Sequence record: NC_054908.1
DNA length: 64,000 nt
Reading direction: 5' to 3' (one strand)
DNA from: Escherichia phage vB_EcoM_DalCa
This document shows positions 1 through 10,299 of the stretch, piece by piece. A program made the translations under genes and the position numbers. The notes under the pieces were generated by a model that was given only the letters and a program-made list of their open reading frames with translations, ran no database searches and was not told the DNA's origin. Position 1 is the stretch's first letter. Each line of letters begins with the position of its first letter.

Positions 1-1
1 T

Positions 2-1342
2 CTTAAAAAATACGGAATTCCAGGAGTAGTAGCTCTTTATCCAGGCGAATTAGGCGATAAAATTGAAATTGAAATCGTATCTAAAGCTGACTATGCAAAA
101 GGAGCTTCTGCATTACTCCCAATTTATCCAGGTGGTGGTACTCGTGCATCTACTGCCAAAGCAGTGTTTGGATATGGACCGCAAACTGATTCACAGTACG
201 CTATTATAGTTCGTCGCAATGATGCTATTGTTCAAAGCATTGTTCTTTCAACTAAGCGTGGTGAAAAAGATATTTACGATAGTAACATCTATATTGATGA
301 CTTTTTCGCAAAAGGTGGTTCAGAATATATTTTCGCAACTGCGCAAAACTGGCCAGAAGGCTTCTCTGGAATTTTAACTCTGTCTGGTGGATTATCATCA
401 AATGCTGAAGTAACAGCAGGAGATTTGATGGAAGCTTGGGACTTCTTTGCTGACCGCGAATCTGTTGACGTTCAGTTGTTTATTGCAGGTTCTTGTGCCG
501 GTGAATCTCTTGAAACAGCATCTACTGTCCAAAAACATGTTGTTTCAATTGGTGATGCTCGTCAAGATTGCTTAGTATTGTGCTCACCTCCGCGTGAAAC
601 TGTAGTTGGAATTCCTGTAACTCGTGCAGTAGATAATTTAGTTAACTGGAGAACTGCAGCAGGTTCATACACTGATAATAACTTTAATATCAGTTCAACC
701 TACGCAGCAATTGATGGTAACTACAAATATCAGTATGACAAATATAATGATGTGAATCGTTGGGTTCCATTAGCAGCTGATATTGCCGGTTTATGCGCAA
801 GAACTGATAACGTATCTCAGACTTGGATGTCTCCAGCTGGTTATAATCGCGGCCAGATTCTTAACGTTATTAAACTTGCTATTGAAACTCGCCAAGCTCA
901 GCGCGACCGTTTATACCAAGAAGCTATCAACCCAGTGACTGGTACAGGTGGTGATGGTTACGTATTATATGGTGATAAAACAGCTACTTCTGTTCCTTCT
1001 CCATTTGATCGTATTAACGTTCGTCGTCTGTTTAATATGTTGAAAACGAACATCGGACGTAGTTCAAAATATCGTTTGTTCGAATTAAACAACGCGTTTA
1101 CTCGTTCATCATTCCGCACAGAAACTGCCCAGTACTTACAGGGAATTAAAGCTCTCGGTGGAATTTATGAATATCGTGTAGTTTGCGATACAACAAATAA
1201 CACTCCGTCAGTAATTGATAGAAATGAGTTTGTTGCAACATTCTACATTCAACCGGCTAGAAGCATTAACTACATTACCTTGAACTTCGTAGCAACTGCT
1301 ACTGGTGCAGATTTCGATGAGTTAACTGGTCTTGCTGGTTAA
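2..1342 (+). CDS. 18: Tail sheath protein gp18, C-terminal part (5' end lies upstream of the window)
   Basis: Reading frame is open from the window edge to the stop at 1342; sits immediately upstream of gp19/gp20 in T4 order; hairpin follows. Confidence 0.8.
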   Translation, partial: LKKYGIPGVVALYPGELGDKIEIEIVSKADYAKGASALLPIYPGGGTRASTAKAVFGYGPQTDSQYAIIVRRNDAIVQSIVLSTKRGEKDIYDSNIYIDDFFAKGGSEYIFATAQNWPEGFSGILTLSGGLSSNAEVTAGDLMEAWDFFADRESVDVQLFIAGSCAGESLETASTVQKHVVSIGDARQDCLVLCSPPRETVVGIPVTRAVDNLVNWRTAAGSYTDNNFNISSTYAAIDGNYKYQYDKYNDVNRWVPLAADIAGLCARTDNVSQTWMSPAGYNRGQILNVIKLAIETRQAQRDRLYQEAINPVTGTGGDGYVLYGDKTATSVPSPFDRINVRRLFNMLKTNIGRSSKYRLFELNNAFTRSSFRTETAQYLQGIKALGGIYEYRVVCDTTNNTPSVIDRNEFVATFYIQPARSINYITLNFVATATGADFDELTGLAG

Positions 1343-1358
1343 TACGGTGCATTCTAAA

Positions 1359-1376
1359 GGCCTGTTTCGGCAGGCC
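1359..1376 (+). terminator. Hairpin after gene 18 (GGCCTG-tttcgg-CAGGCC)
   Basis: 6 bp GC-rich stem; weak T tract. Confidence 0.4.
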
Positions 1377-1377
1377 A

Positions 1378-1385
1378 TATAAATA
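1378..1385 (+). promoter_or_regulatory. Late promoter box TATAAATA upstream of gene 19 (distal of two)
   Basis: Exact TATAAATA. Confidence 0.5.
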
Positions 1386-1436
1386 CACTATATCCTTAAT
1401 TCTTTAATTCTATATGCCCTAGGTTAAACATAGGGA

Positions 1437-1444
1437 TATAAATA
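1437..1444 (+). promoter_or_regulatory. Late promoter box TATAAATA for gene 19
   Basis: Exact TATAAATA about 15 bp upstream of the gene 19 ATG. Confidence 0.6.
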
Positions 1445-1458
1445 CTACAGAGGCTAAT

Positions 1459-1950
1459 ATGTTTGTAGATGATGTAACACGAGCGTTTGAATCTGGTGAT
1501 TTTGCTCGACCTAACTTATTCCAAGTAGAAATTTCTTATCTTGGACAAAATTTTACATTCCAATGTAAAGCCACTGCTTTACCAGCTGGTATTGTAGAAA
1601 AAATTCCAGTCGGATTTATGAACCGTAAAATTAACGTAGCAGGCGATCGTACATTCGATGACTGGACTGTTACAGTAATGAACGATGAAGCTCATGATGC
1701 TCGCCAGAAGTTTGTTGATTGGCAAAGCATTGCTGCTGGTCAAGGAAACGAAATTACTGGTGGAAAACCTGCAGAGTATAAAAAGAGCGCTATTGTTCGT
1801 CAATATGCTCGTGATGCTAAAACAGTAACAAAAGAAATTGAAATTAAAGGTCTGTGGCCTACTAACGTGGGTGAACTTCAATTAGATTGGGATTCAAACA
1901 ATGAAATCCAAACCTTTGAAGTAACTCTTGCTCTCGATTATTGGGAATAA
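1459..1950 (+). CDS. 19: Tail tube protein gp19 (163 aa)
   Basis: 163 aa, same length as T4 gp19; position between 18 and 20; two TATAAATA boxes upstream. Confidence 0.9.
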   Translation: MFVDDVTRAFESGDFARPNLFQVEISYLGQNFTFQCKATALPAGIVEKIPVGFMNRKINVAGDRTFDDWTVTVMNDEAHDARQKFVDWQSIAAGQGNEITGGKPAEYKKSAIVRQYARDAKTVTKEIEIKGLWPTNVGELQLDWDSNNEIQTFEVTLALDYWE

Positions 1951-1982
1951 AATGAATGGGGAGAAATCCCCATCCTGCTTAA

Positions 1983-3607
<1,625 letters not shown>

Positions 3608-3608
<1 letters not shown>

Positions 3609-3847
3609 TGGAAGGTTTAATTGAAGCTATTAAATCAAACGACCTCGTAGCCGCTCGTAAATTATTTGCTGAAGCCATGGCTGCAAGAACGACTGATTTA
3701 ATTAAAGAAGAAAAAATCGCTATCGCTCGTAATTTCTTAATCGAAGGTGAAGAACCTGATGACGAGGATGATGACGAAGACGAAGATAGTGATGATAAAG
3801 ACGACAAAAAAGACAAAGACTCTGACGAAGACGAGGATGATGAATAA
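3608..3847 (+). CDS. 67: Prohead core protein gp67 with strongly acidic C-terminal tail
   Basis: 79 aa; ATGA-type overlap with gp20 stop; D/E-rich C-terminus; T4 order 20-67-68-21. Confidence 0.8.
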
Positions 3848-4272
3848 TGCTTCTGATCCCTGAAACTCATGAATTAGTTCTCGAGAATGTCGAAGCACTT
3901 ATTCCTGAAGCACAGGGTCGCTTTGACGAATTGTCTTCTGCTTTAAATAAAGACGATATAAATACAATTGTCGAGAATATGCTTGATGATGAAACTGATT
4001 TAGCGGTTGCATTAGCTTCTATTAATGAAAATATGCCGTTAAATGAATTTATCGTTAAACATGTTTCTGCCCGTGGTGAAATTACTCGCACTAAAGATCG
4101 CAAAACCCGCGAACGTAATGCATTTCAAACTACCGGGTTGTCTAAAGCAAAACGTAGACAAATTGCTCGTAAAGCTACCAAAACGAAGATTGCCAATCCA
4201 GCAGGTCAATCTCGTGCTCAGCGTAAGCGTAAAAAAGCTCTTAAACGCCGTAAAGCATTAGGATTAAGCTAA
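3847..4272 (+). CDS. 68: Prohead core protein gp68
   Basis: 141 aa, basic C-terminus; start overlaps the gp67 stop; T4 gene order. Confidence 0.8.
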
Positions 4273-4910
4273 TGAATGAACCCCAATTACTAATTGAAAC
4301 TTGGGGTCAACCTGGCGAAATTATTGATGGCGTACCAATGCTTGAATCTCATGATGGAAAAGACTTAGGTTTAAAACCGGGTTTATACATCGAAGGAATA
4401 TTCATGCAAGCGGAAGTCGTCAATAGAAATAAACGTCTTTATCCAAAACGTATATTAGAAAAAGCGGTAAAAGACTATATTAATGAGCAAGTTTTAACTA
4501 AACAAGCTCTCGGAGAATTAAATCATCCTCCACGCGCTAATGTTGACCCGATGCAAGCCGCTATCATTATAGAAGATATGTGGTGGAAAGGAAATGACGT
4601 ATACGGACGAGCTCGTGTTATTGAAGGTGACCACGGTCCTGGAGATAAATTAGCAGCTAATATTCGTGCCGGATGGATTCCAGGAGTTTCTTCTCGTGGA
4701 TTAGGTTCATTGACTGACACAAATAAAGGTTATCGTATCGTAAACGAAGGATTCAAATTAACTGTAGGTGTTGATGCAGTATGGGGTCCAAGTGCTCCAG
4801 ATGCATGGGTAACTCCTAAGGAAATTACCGAATCACAGACGGCGGAAGCCGATACAAGTGCCGATGACGCCTATATGGCTCTCGCAGAGGCCATGAAAAA
4901 AGCGTTATAA
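4272..4910 (+). CDS. 21: Prohead core protease gp21
   Basis: 212 aa, same length as T4 gp21; order 68-21-22. Confidence 0.9.
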   Translation: MNEPQLLIETWGQPGEIIDGVPMLESHDGKDLGLKPGLYIEGIFMQAEVVNRNKRLYPKRILEKAVKDYINEQVLTKQALGELNHPPRANVDPMQAAIIIEDMWWKGNDVYGRARVIEGDHGPGDKLAANIRAGWIPGVSSRGLGSLTDTNKGYRIVNEGFKLTVGVDAVWGPSAPDAWVTPKEITESQTAEADTSADDAYMALAEAMKKAL

Positions 4911-4913
4911 ATA
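4906..4913 (+). promoter_or_regulatory. Late promoter box TATAAATA for gene 22
   Basis: Exact TATAAATA about 30 bp upstream of the gene 22 ATG. Confidence 0.6.
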
Positions 4914-4940
4914 TTATTATCTAAACAACAGGACTACAAA

Positions 4941-5750
4941 ATGCTTAAAGAACAACTGATTGCCGAAGCGCAGAAAATTGATGCTTCCGTTGCTCTTGAT
5001 AGTATTTTCGAATCAGTTAATATTTCTCCGGAAGCAAAAGAAACTTTCGGCACTGTATTCGAAGCTACCGTCAAGCAGCACGCCGTTAAATTAGCTGAAT
5101 CTCATATCGCTAAAATTGCTGAAAAAGCAGAAGAAGAAGTAGAAAAAAATAAAGAAGAAGCAGAAGAAAAAGCTGAGAAGAAAATCGCTGAGCAAGCTTC
5201 TAAATTCCTTGACCATCTTGCAAAAGAATGGCTCACTGAAAATAAATTAGCAGTAGATAAAGGTATCAAAGCCGAACTGTTTGAATCCATGCTTGGTGGA
5301 TTGAAAGAGCTCTTCGTTGAACACAACGTTGTTGTTCCAGAAGAATCAGTTGATGTTGTAGCTGAAATGGAAGAAGAACTGCAAGAACATAAAGAAGAAT
5401 CAGCTCGTCTGTTCGAAGAACTCAATAAGCGTGACGCATATATCAATTATGTGCAGCGTGAAGTGGCATTGAGCGAAAGTACTAAAGATCTGACTGAGTC
5501 TCAAAAAGAAAAAGTCTCTGCTCTGGTCGAAGGTATGGATTATTCAGATGCATTCTCAAGTAAATTGAGTGCAATCGTAGAAATGGTGAAGAAATCTAAT
5601 AAAGATGAAAGCACTATTACTGAGAGTATAAATACTCCTGATACTGAAGCAGCCGGACTGAATTTCGTCACTGAAGCTGTAGAAGATAAATCTGCACAAG
5701 GTGCAGAAGATATTGTAAGTGTATATGCGAAAGTCGCATCTCGTTTCTAA
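4941..5750 (+). CDS. 22: Prohead core scaffold protein gp22
   Basis: 269 aa, E/K-rich coiled-coil-like composition; TATAAATA upstream; immediately precedes gene 23. Confidence 0.9.
   Translation: MLKEQLIAEAQKIDASVALDSIFESVNISPEAKETFGTVFEATVKQHAVKLAESHIAKIAEKAEEEVEKNKEEAEEKAEKKIAEQASKFLDHLAKEWLTENKLAVDKGIKAELFESMLGGLKELFVEHNVVVPEESVDVVAEMEEELQEHKEESARLFEELNKRDAYINYVQREVALSESTKDLTESQKEKVSALVEGMDYSDAFSSKLSAIVEMVKKSNKDESTITESINTPDTEAAGLNFVTEAVEDKSAQGAEDIVSVYAKVASRF
5627..5634 (+). promoter_or_regulatory. Late promoter box TATAAATA for gene 23, inside the 3' end of gene 22
   Basis: Exact TATAAATA about 135 bp upstream of the gene 23 ATG. Confidence 0.65.
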
Positions 5751-5768
5751 TTTTAAAGGTTAACACAA

Positions 5769-7319
5769 ATGACTATCAAAACTAAAGCTGAACTTTTGAA
5801 CAAATGGAAGCCATTACTGGAAGGTGAAGGTTTACCGGAAATTGCTAATAGCAAACAAGCGATTATCGCTAAAATCTTTGAAAACCAGGAAAAAGATTTC
5901 CAGACAGCTCCGGAATATAAAGACGAAAAAATTGCTCAGGCATTCGGTTCTTTCTTAACAGAAGCTGAAATCGGTGGTGACCACGGTTACAATGCTACCA
6001 ACATCGCTGCAGGTCAGACTTCTGGAGCAGTAACTCAGATTGGCCCAGCTGTTATGGGTATGGTACGTCGTGCTATTCCTAACCTGATTGCTTTCGATAT
6101 TTGTGGTGTTCAGCCAATGAATAACCCGACTGGCCAGGTATTCGCACTGCGTGCAGTATATGGTAAAGACCCAATCGCTGCTGATGCTAAAGAAGCATTC
6201 CACCCAATGTATGGTCCAGATGCAATGTTCTCTGGTCAGGGTGCTGCTAAGAAATTCCCAGCTCTGGCTGCTAGCACACAAACCAAAGTAGGTGATATCT
6301 ATACTCACTTCTTCCAGGAAACTGGTACTGTATATCTGCAAGCTTCTGCTCAAGTAACAATTAGTTCTACTGCAGATGATGCAGAAATTAAGAAACAAAT
6401 GGAAGCTGGCGCATTGGTAGAAATCGCTGAAGGTATGGCTACTTCTATCGCTGAACTTCAGGAAGGTTTCAACGGTTCTACCGATAACCCATGGAATGAA
6501 ATGGGCTTCCGTATCGATAAACAAGTTATCGAAGCTAAATCTCGTCAGCTGAAAGCTGCTTACTCTATCGAATTAGCACAAGACCTCCGCGCTGTTCACG
6601 GTATGGATGCTGATGCTGAACTGTCTGGTATTCTGGCTACCGAAATTATGCTGGAAATCAACCGCGAAGTTGTTGATTGGATTAACTACTCCGCTCAGGT
6701 TGGTAAATCTGGTATGACCCTGACTCCGGGTTCTAAAGCTGGTGTATTTGACTTCCAGGACCCAATCGATATTCGTGGTGCTCGCTGGGCAGGTGAATCC
6801 TTTAAAGCTCTGTTGTTCCAGATTGACAAAGAAGCAGTTGAAATTGCTCGTCAGACTGGTCGCGGCGAAGGTAACTTCATTATCGCTTCCCGTAACGTAG
6901 TTAACGTTCTGGCTTCAGTTGATACCGGCATTTCTTATGCTGCACAAGGTCTGGCTACTGGCTTTAACACTGATACTACCAAGTCAGTATTTGCTGGTGT
7001 TCTGGGTGGTAAATACCGTGTATATATCGACCAGTATGCTAAACAGGATTATTTCACCGTAGGTTATAAAGGTCCGAACGAAATGGATGCTGGTATTTAC
7101 TATGCTCCATATGTAGCTCTGACTCCGCTGCGTGGTTCTGATCCGAAGAACTTCCAACCGGTAATGGGATTCAAAACTCGTTACGGTATCGGTATCAACC
7201 CATTTGCAGAATCCGCTGCTCAGGCTCCGGCTTCTCGCATCCAGAGCGGTATGCCTTCTATTCTGAATAGCCTTGGTAAAAACGCTTACTTCCGCCGTGT
7301 ATATGTTAAAGGTATCTAA
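5769..7319 (+). CDS. 23: Major capsid protein gp23
   Basis: 516 aa; N- and C-terminal regions match T4 gp23 as I remember it; late promoter inside the 3' end of gene 22. Confidence 0.95.
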   Translation: MTIKTKAELLNKWKPLLEGEGLPEIANSKQAIIAKIFENQEKDFQTAPEYKDEKIAQAFGSFLTEAEIGGDHGYNATNIAAGQTSGAVTQIGPAVMGMVRRAIPNLIAFDICGVQPMNNPTGQVFALRAVYGKDPIAADAKEAFHPMYGPDAMFSGQGAAKKFPALAASTQTKVGDIYTHFFQETGTVYLQASAQVTISSTADDAEIKKQMEAGALVEIAEGMATSIAELQEGFNGSTDNPWNEMGFRIDKQVIEAKSRQLKAAYSIELAQDLRAVHGMDADAELSGILATEIMLEINREVVDWINYSAQVGKSGMTLTPGSKAGVFDFQDPIDIRGARWAGESFKALLFQIDKEAVEIARQTGRGEGNFIIASRNVVNVLASVDTGISYAAQGLATGFNTDTTKSVFAGVLGGKYRVYIDQYAKQDYFTVGYKGPNEMDAGIYYAPYVALTPLRGSDPKNFQPVMGFKTRYGIGINPFAESAAQAPASRIQSGMPSILNSLGKNAYFRRVYVKGI

Positions 7320-7333
7320 TCTTTGACGATTTA

Positions 7334-7366
7334 AGGGACCTTCGGGTCCCTTTAGTTGTTTTTATG
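7334..7366 (+). terminator. Rho-independent terminator after gene 23
   Basis: AGGGACC-ttcg-GGTCCCT followed by a T-rich run. Confidence 0.7.
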
Positions 7367-7367
7367 G

Positions 7368-7375
7368 TATAAATA
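7368..7375 (+). promoter_or_regulatory. Late promoter box TATAAATA for gene 24
   Basis: Exact TATAAATA between the gene 23 terminator and gene 24. Confidence 0.6.
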
Positions 7376-7402
7376 AATCATATAAACTGAAAGGAAAGCG
7401 CA

Positions 7403-8686
7403 ATGGCTAAAATCAACGAACTTCTGCGCGAATCAACCACAACGAATAGCAACTCAATCGGTCGCCCAAATCTCGTTGCTTTGACTCGCGCTACCACTAA
7501 ATTAATATATTCTGACATTGTAGCAACGCAAAGAACTAATCAACCTGTTGCTGCTTTTTATGGTATCAAATACCTTAACCCAGACAATGAATTTACATTT
7601 AAAACTGGTGCTACTTATGCTGGCGAAGCTGGATATGTAGACCGAGAACAAATCACAGAATTAACAGAAGAGTCTAAATTAACTCTCAATAAGGGCGATT
7701 TATTCAAATATAATAATATCGTTTATAAAGTATTAGAAGATACACCATTTGCTGATATTGAAGAAAGCGATTTAGAATTAGCTCTTCAGATTGCAATTGT
7801 TCTTTTAAAGGTTCGTCTATTTTCTGACGCAGCGTCAACAAGCAAATTTGAAAGCTCTGATAGTGAAATTGCGGATGCTAGATTCCAGATTAATAAATGG
7901 CAAACCGCAGTTAAATCTCGTAAACTTAAAACTGGTATCACAGTTGAATTAGCACAAGATTTAGAAGCAAATGGATTCGATGCTCCTAATTTCTTGGAAG
8001 ATTTGCTTGCAACTGAAATGGCAGATGAAATCAATAAAGATATTCTGCAGTCTTTGATTACAGTGTCAAAACGCTATAAAGTTACAGGAATTACTGATAC
8101 TGGATTCATCGATTTGAGTTATGCATCTGCACCTGAAGCTGGTCGTTCATTATACCGAATGGTATGTGAAATGGTTTCGCATATCCAAAAAGAATCAACT
8201 TATACAGCAACGTTCTGTGTTGCTTCAGCTCGTGCTGCTGCGATTCTTGCTGCATCAGGTTGGTTAAAACATAAACCAGAAGATGACAAATATCTTTCAC
8301 AAAATGCCTACGGGTTCTTAGCTAATGGTTTACCGCTTTATTGCGATACTAACAGCCCATTAGATTATGTAATCGTTGGCGTAGTAGAAAATATCGGTGA
8401 AAAAGAAATTGTTGGATCAATTTTCTATGCTCCGTATACAGAAGGTCTTGACTTAGATGACCCTGAACATGTAGGTGCATTTAAAGTTGTAGTTGATCCA
8501 GAAAGTTTGCAGCCATCTATCGGTTTATTAGTTAGATATGCTTTATCTGCAAATCCTTACACCGTAGCAAAAGATGAAAAAGAAGCAAGAGTAATTGATG
8601 GTGGAGACATGGATAAAATGGCGGGTCGTTCAGATTTGTCTGTTTTATTAGGTGTTAAACTACCAAAAATTATCATTGATGAATAA
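7403..8686 (+). CDS. 24: Capsid vertex protein gp24
   Basis: 427 aa; gp23 paralogue by position and length; terminator before, late promoter upstream, terminator after. Confidence 0.9.
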   Translation: MAKINELLRESTTTNSNSIGRPNLVALTRATTKLIYSDIVATQRTNQPVAAFYGIKYLNPDNEFTFKTGATYAGEAGYVDREQITELTEESKLTLNKGDLFKYNNIVYKVLEDTPFADIEESDLELALQIAIVLLKVRLFSDAASTSKFESSDSEIADARFQINKWQTAVKSRKLKTGITVELAQDLEANGFDAPNFLEDLLATEMADEINKDILQSLITVSKRYKVTGITDTGFIDLSYASAPEAGRSLYRMVCEMVSHIQKESTYTATFCVASARAAAILAASGWLKHKPEDDKYLSQNAYGFLANGLPLYCDTNSPLDYVIVGVVENIGEKEIVGSIFYAPYTEGLDLDDPEHVGAFKVVVDPESLQPSIGLLVRYALSANPYTVAKDEKEARVIDGGDMDKMAGRSDLSVLLGVKLPKIIIDE

Positions 8687-8690
8687 AACA

Positions 8691-8716
8691 AAGGGACCTT
8701 TCGGTCCCTTTTTATT
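8691..8716 (+). terminator. Rho-independent terminator after gene 24
   Basis: AAGGGACC-tttc-GGTCCCTT followed by TTTT; overlaps the end of the rnlB continuation on the other strand. Confidence 0.7.
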
Positions 8717-8871
8717 TAACTTACCAATTCAATCCAAGCCGGACGAAGTACATCTTGTACCATTTTAACTAATTCCTTTTTAATCAAAGAAGGATTATCT
8801 GCTTGAGTTAGAGTAATACCTTCACGAGAAGTTTCTTCCAAAATATCTTGAACAGTTAGTCCCATCACCTT
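8716..8871 (-). pseudogene. rnlB: In-frame continuation of rnlB after the TGA: 51 further codons (KVMGLTVQDILEET...AWIELVS)
   Basis: Same frame stays open for 51 codons after the TGA; 282+1+51=334, the length I remember for T4 Rnl2. Confidence 0.6.
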
Positions 8872-9720
8872 TCAAAAATCCTTCGGACCAATTTCACCAA
8901 TTTTAGAAATAACGTTATTTACTCGGTTCAGTGTAACGTAGCAAGCTAAAATTCCCACCAATTTGTTATCAGCTTCTGATAGTTCAACTTTAGCTTTAAT
9001 AGGCTTATCAGACTTTTTCTTTTCACTAAATTTGGAATTCTTGCATTTGATGGCTACACGATTTCCATTATGAAGCCAAGAAGGACAACAAGGTTTCAAT
9101 ACATATCCTTCAGCGGTAAATACTTCGCCTTTGGCTTCAGCTTTCCAAACACATTTGTTAGCGTCAACTAATCCTGCATGGTCTACTGTAAAATTATAAT
9201 CTTGGACGACAGAATCTAAATCATTTGGCAATTTAATAAGCTCTTCAAATTTACCGCGACCTAAAAGTGGAGCCATTTTAAATTTAAATGTATTACAAAA
9301 TGATTCCATCATATAATCATCGACATAAGTCACATCACCACTTTCTGTAGTGACAATAATGTCAAATACATAAAAATCTTTATCGCCATAATCGACATTC
9401 TTCTGAATGCCAGGTCCAGCGAATTCGCCAAAGACTTGATAAGATACAACCGCTGAGGTTTCCATAATATCTTGTACTGCTTTAATAGAATCTTCGTAAT
9501 TCTTTAGAATAATTTCATACCCAAAGAAATCTTCAGCAGGAAGAATTGGTCCAGTACGTTTAGCGCAAGTTACTTTATCACGCTCAATAATCAATGAGAA
9601 ATTTGTGCCGTGAATCTTTTCACGAGCTACCCACTCCCCACCAGTCAATCCCAAGCTATAAAGTTTTTCAATAAATTTAGAGTTGTAATGATTTTCAAGA
9701 CTGCTATACTTTTTAAACAT
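8872..9720 (-). CDS. rnlB: RNA ligase 2 (Rnl2), N-terminal 282 codons ending at an in-frame TGA
   Basis: Motif I lysine at residue 35 (EKIHGTN); position downstream of gene 24 region; ORF stops at TGA 8872-8874. Confidence 0.85.
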   Translation of the reverse strand: MFKKYSSLENHYNSKFIEKLYSLGLTGGEWVAREKIHGTNFSLIIERDKVTCAKRTGPILPAEDFFGYEIILKNYEDSIKAVQDIMETSAVVSYQVFGEFAGPGIQKNVDYGDKDFYVFDIIVTTESGDVTYVDDYMMESFCNTFKFKMAPLLGRGKFEELIKLPNDLDSVVQDYNFTVDHAGLVDANKCVWKAEAKGEVFTAEGYVLKPCCPSWLHNGNRVAIKCKNSKFSEKKKSDKPIKAKVELSEADNKLVGILACYVTLNRVNNVISKIGEIGPKDF

Positions 9721-9729
9721 AATTAATCC

Positions 9730-10008
9730 TCAAAATGTAATTTCTAACCAATCACCATCACGCTGATCACTATTGACTTTAAAGCTGAATCCTTCTTTTC
9801 TCAGCCAATCACCAATTTCTTCAGTAATCAATTTATCACGAGCAATACAATAATAACTAAAATGTGTTTTACCTTGTTCAGCTGCTTTATTAGCAAGTTC
9901 CGAAAAATCTTTAATAAAACATTCTAGTTTAAACTGTTTACTTTTAAGTGCTTTTTCTCGCAATTGATTAGCAAAAGATTCATTTTCATAAAGATCATAC
10001 TGTTCCAT
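9730..10008 (-). CDS. Hypothetical protein (T4 24.2 position)
   Basis: 92 aa ORF in the minus-strand early block between rnlB and hoc. Confidence 0.6.
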   Translation of the reverse strand: MEQYDLYENESFANQLREKALKSKQFKLECFIKDFSELANKAAEQGKTHFSYYCIARDKLITEEIGDWLRKEGFSFKVNSDQRDGDWLEITF

Positions 10009-10210
10009 TTTTCACCTTTTTATTGATATGTCTTTTTCTATAGACGACTTTTTCTCGAGTTTCAAATTTATTCTTAGCAGTCATAGCTCGAGCCCATAAT
10101 ACAGCCACTTCTTTTGCCTGTAAGTTTAATTCACGAGCAATTTCAATGAATGACTTTCCAGACTCATGAAGCGTAAACACCACAACCTCAGTTCTCATAA
10201 TTAATCTCAT
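9995..10210 (-). CDS. Small hypothetical protein with possible helix-turn-helix (T4 24.3 position)
   Basis: 71 aa ORF; GKSFIEIARELNLQAKEV resembles an HTH; overlaps the upstream ORF end. Confidence 0.5.
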   Translation of the reverse strand: MRLIMRTEVVVFTLHESGKSFIEIARELNLQAKEVAVLWARAMTAKNKFETREKVVYRKRHINKKVKNGTV

Positions 10211-10267
10211 GTTATCGAGTTGGTGCCATTATATACATCATTTTCTGATTGTGTTTTGCGTGCTTTC

Positions 10268-10294
10268 AAAATGAAGAAAGGGGCCGAAGCCCCT
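10268..10294 (-). terminator. Rho-independent terminator after hoc
   Basis: AGGGGC-ttcg-GCCCCT followed by a T-rich run on the minus strand. Confidence 0.6.
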
Positions 10295-10299
10295 TATGA

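Noticed and set aside
5955-6524. 189 aa antisense ORF inside gene 23 (and similar antisense ORFs inside genes 18, 20, 24, 29, 34, 37, nrdA, alt)
   Set aside because: Nested opposite-strand ORFs within strongly supported structural genes; no independent start signals.
10211-10299. Possible promoter in the spacer between the 24.3-position ORF and hoc (TATAAT-like at about 10225-10240)
   Set aside because: No acceptable -35 or MotA box at the right spacing; the only convincing element here is the hoc terminator hairpin.
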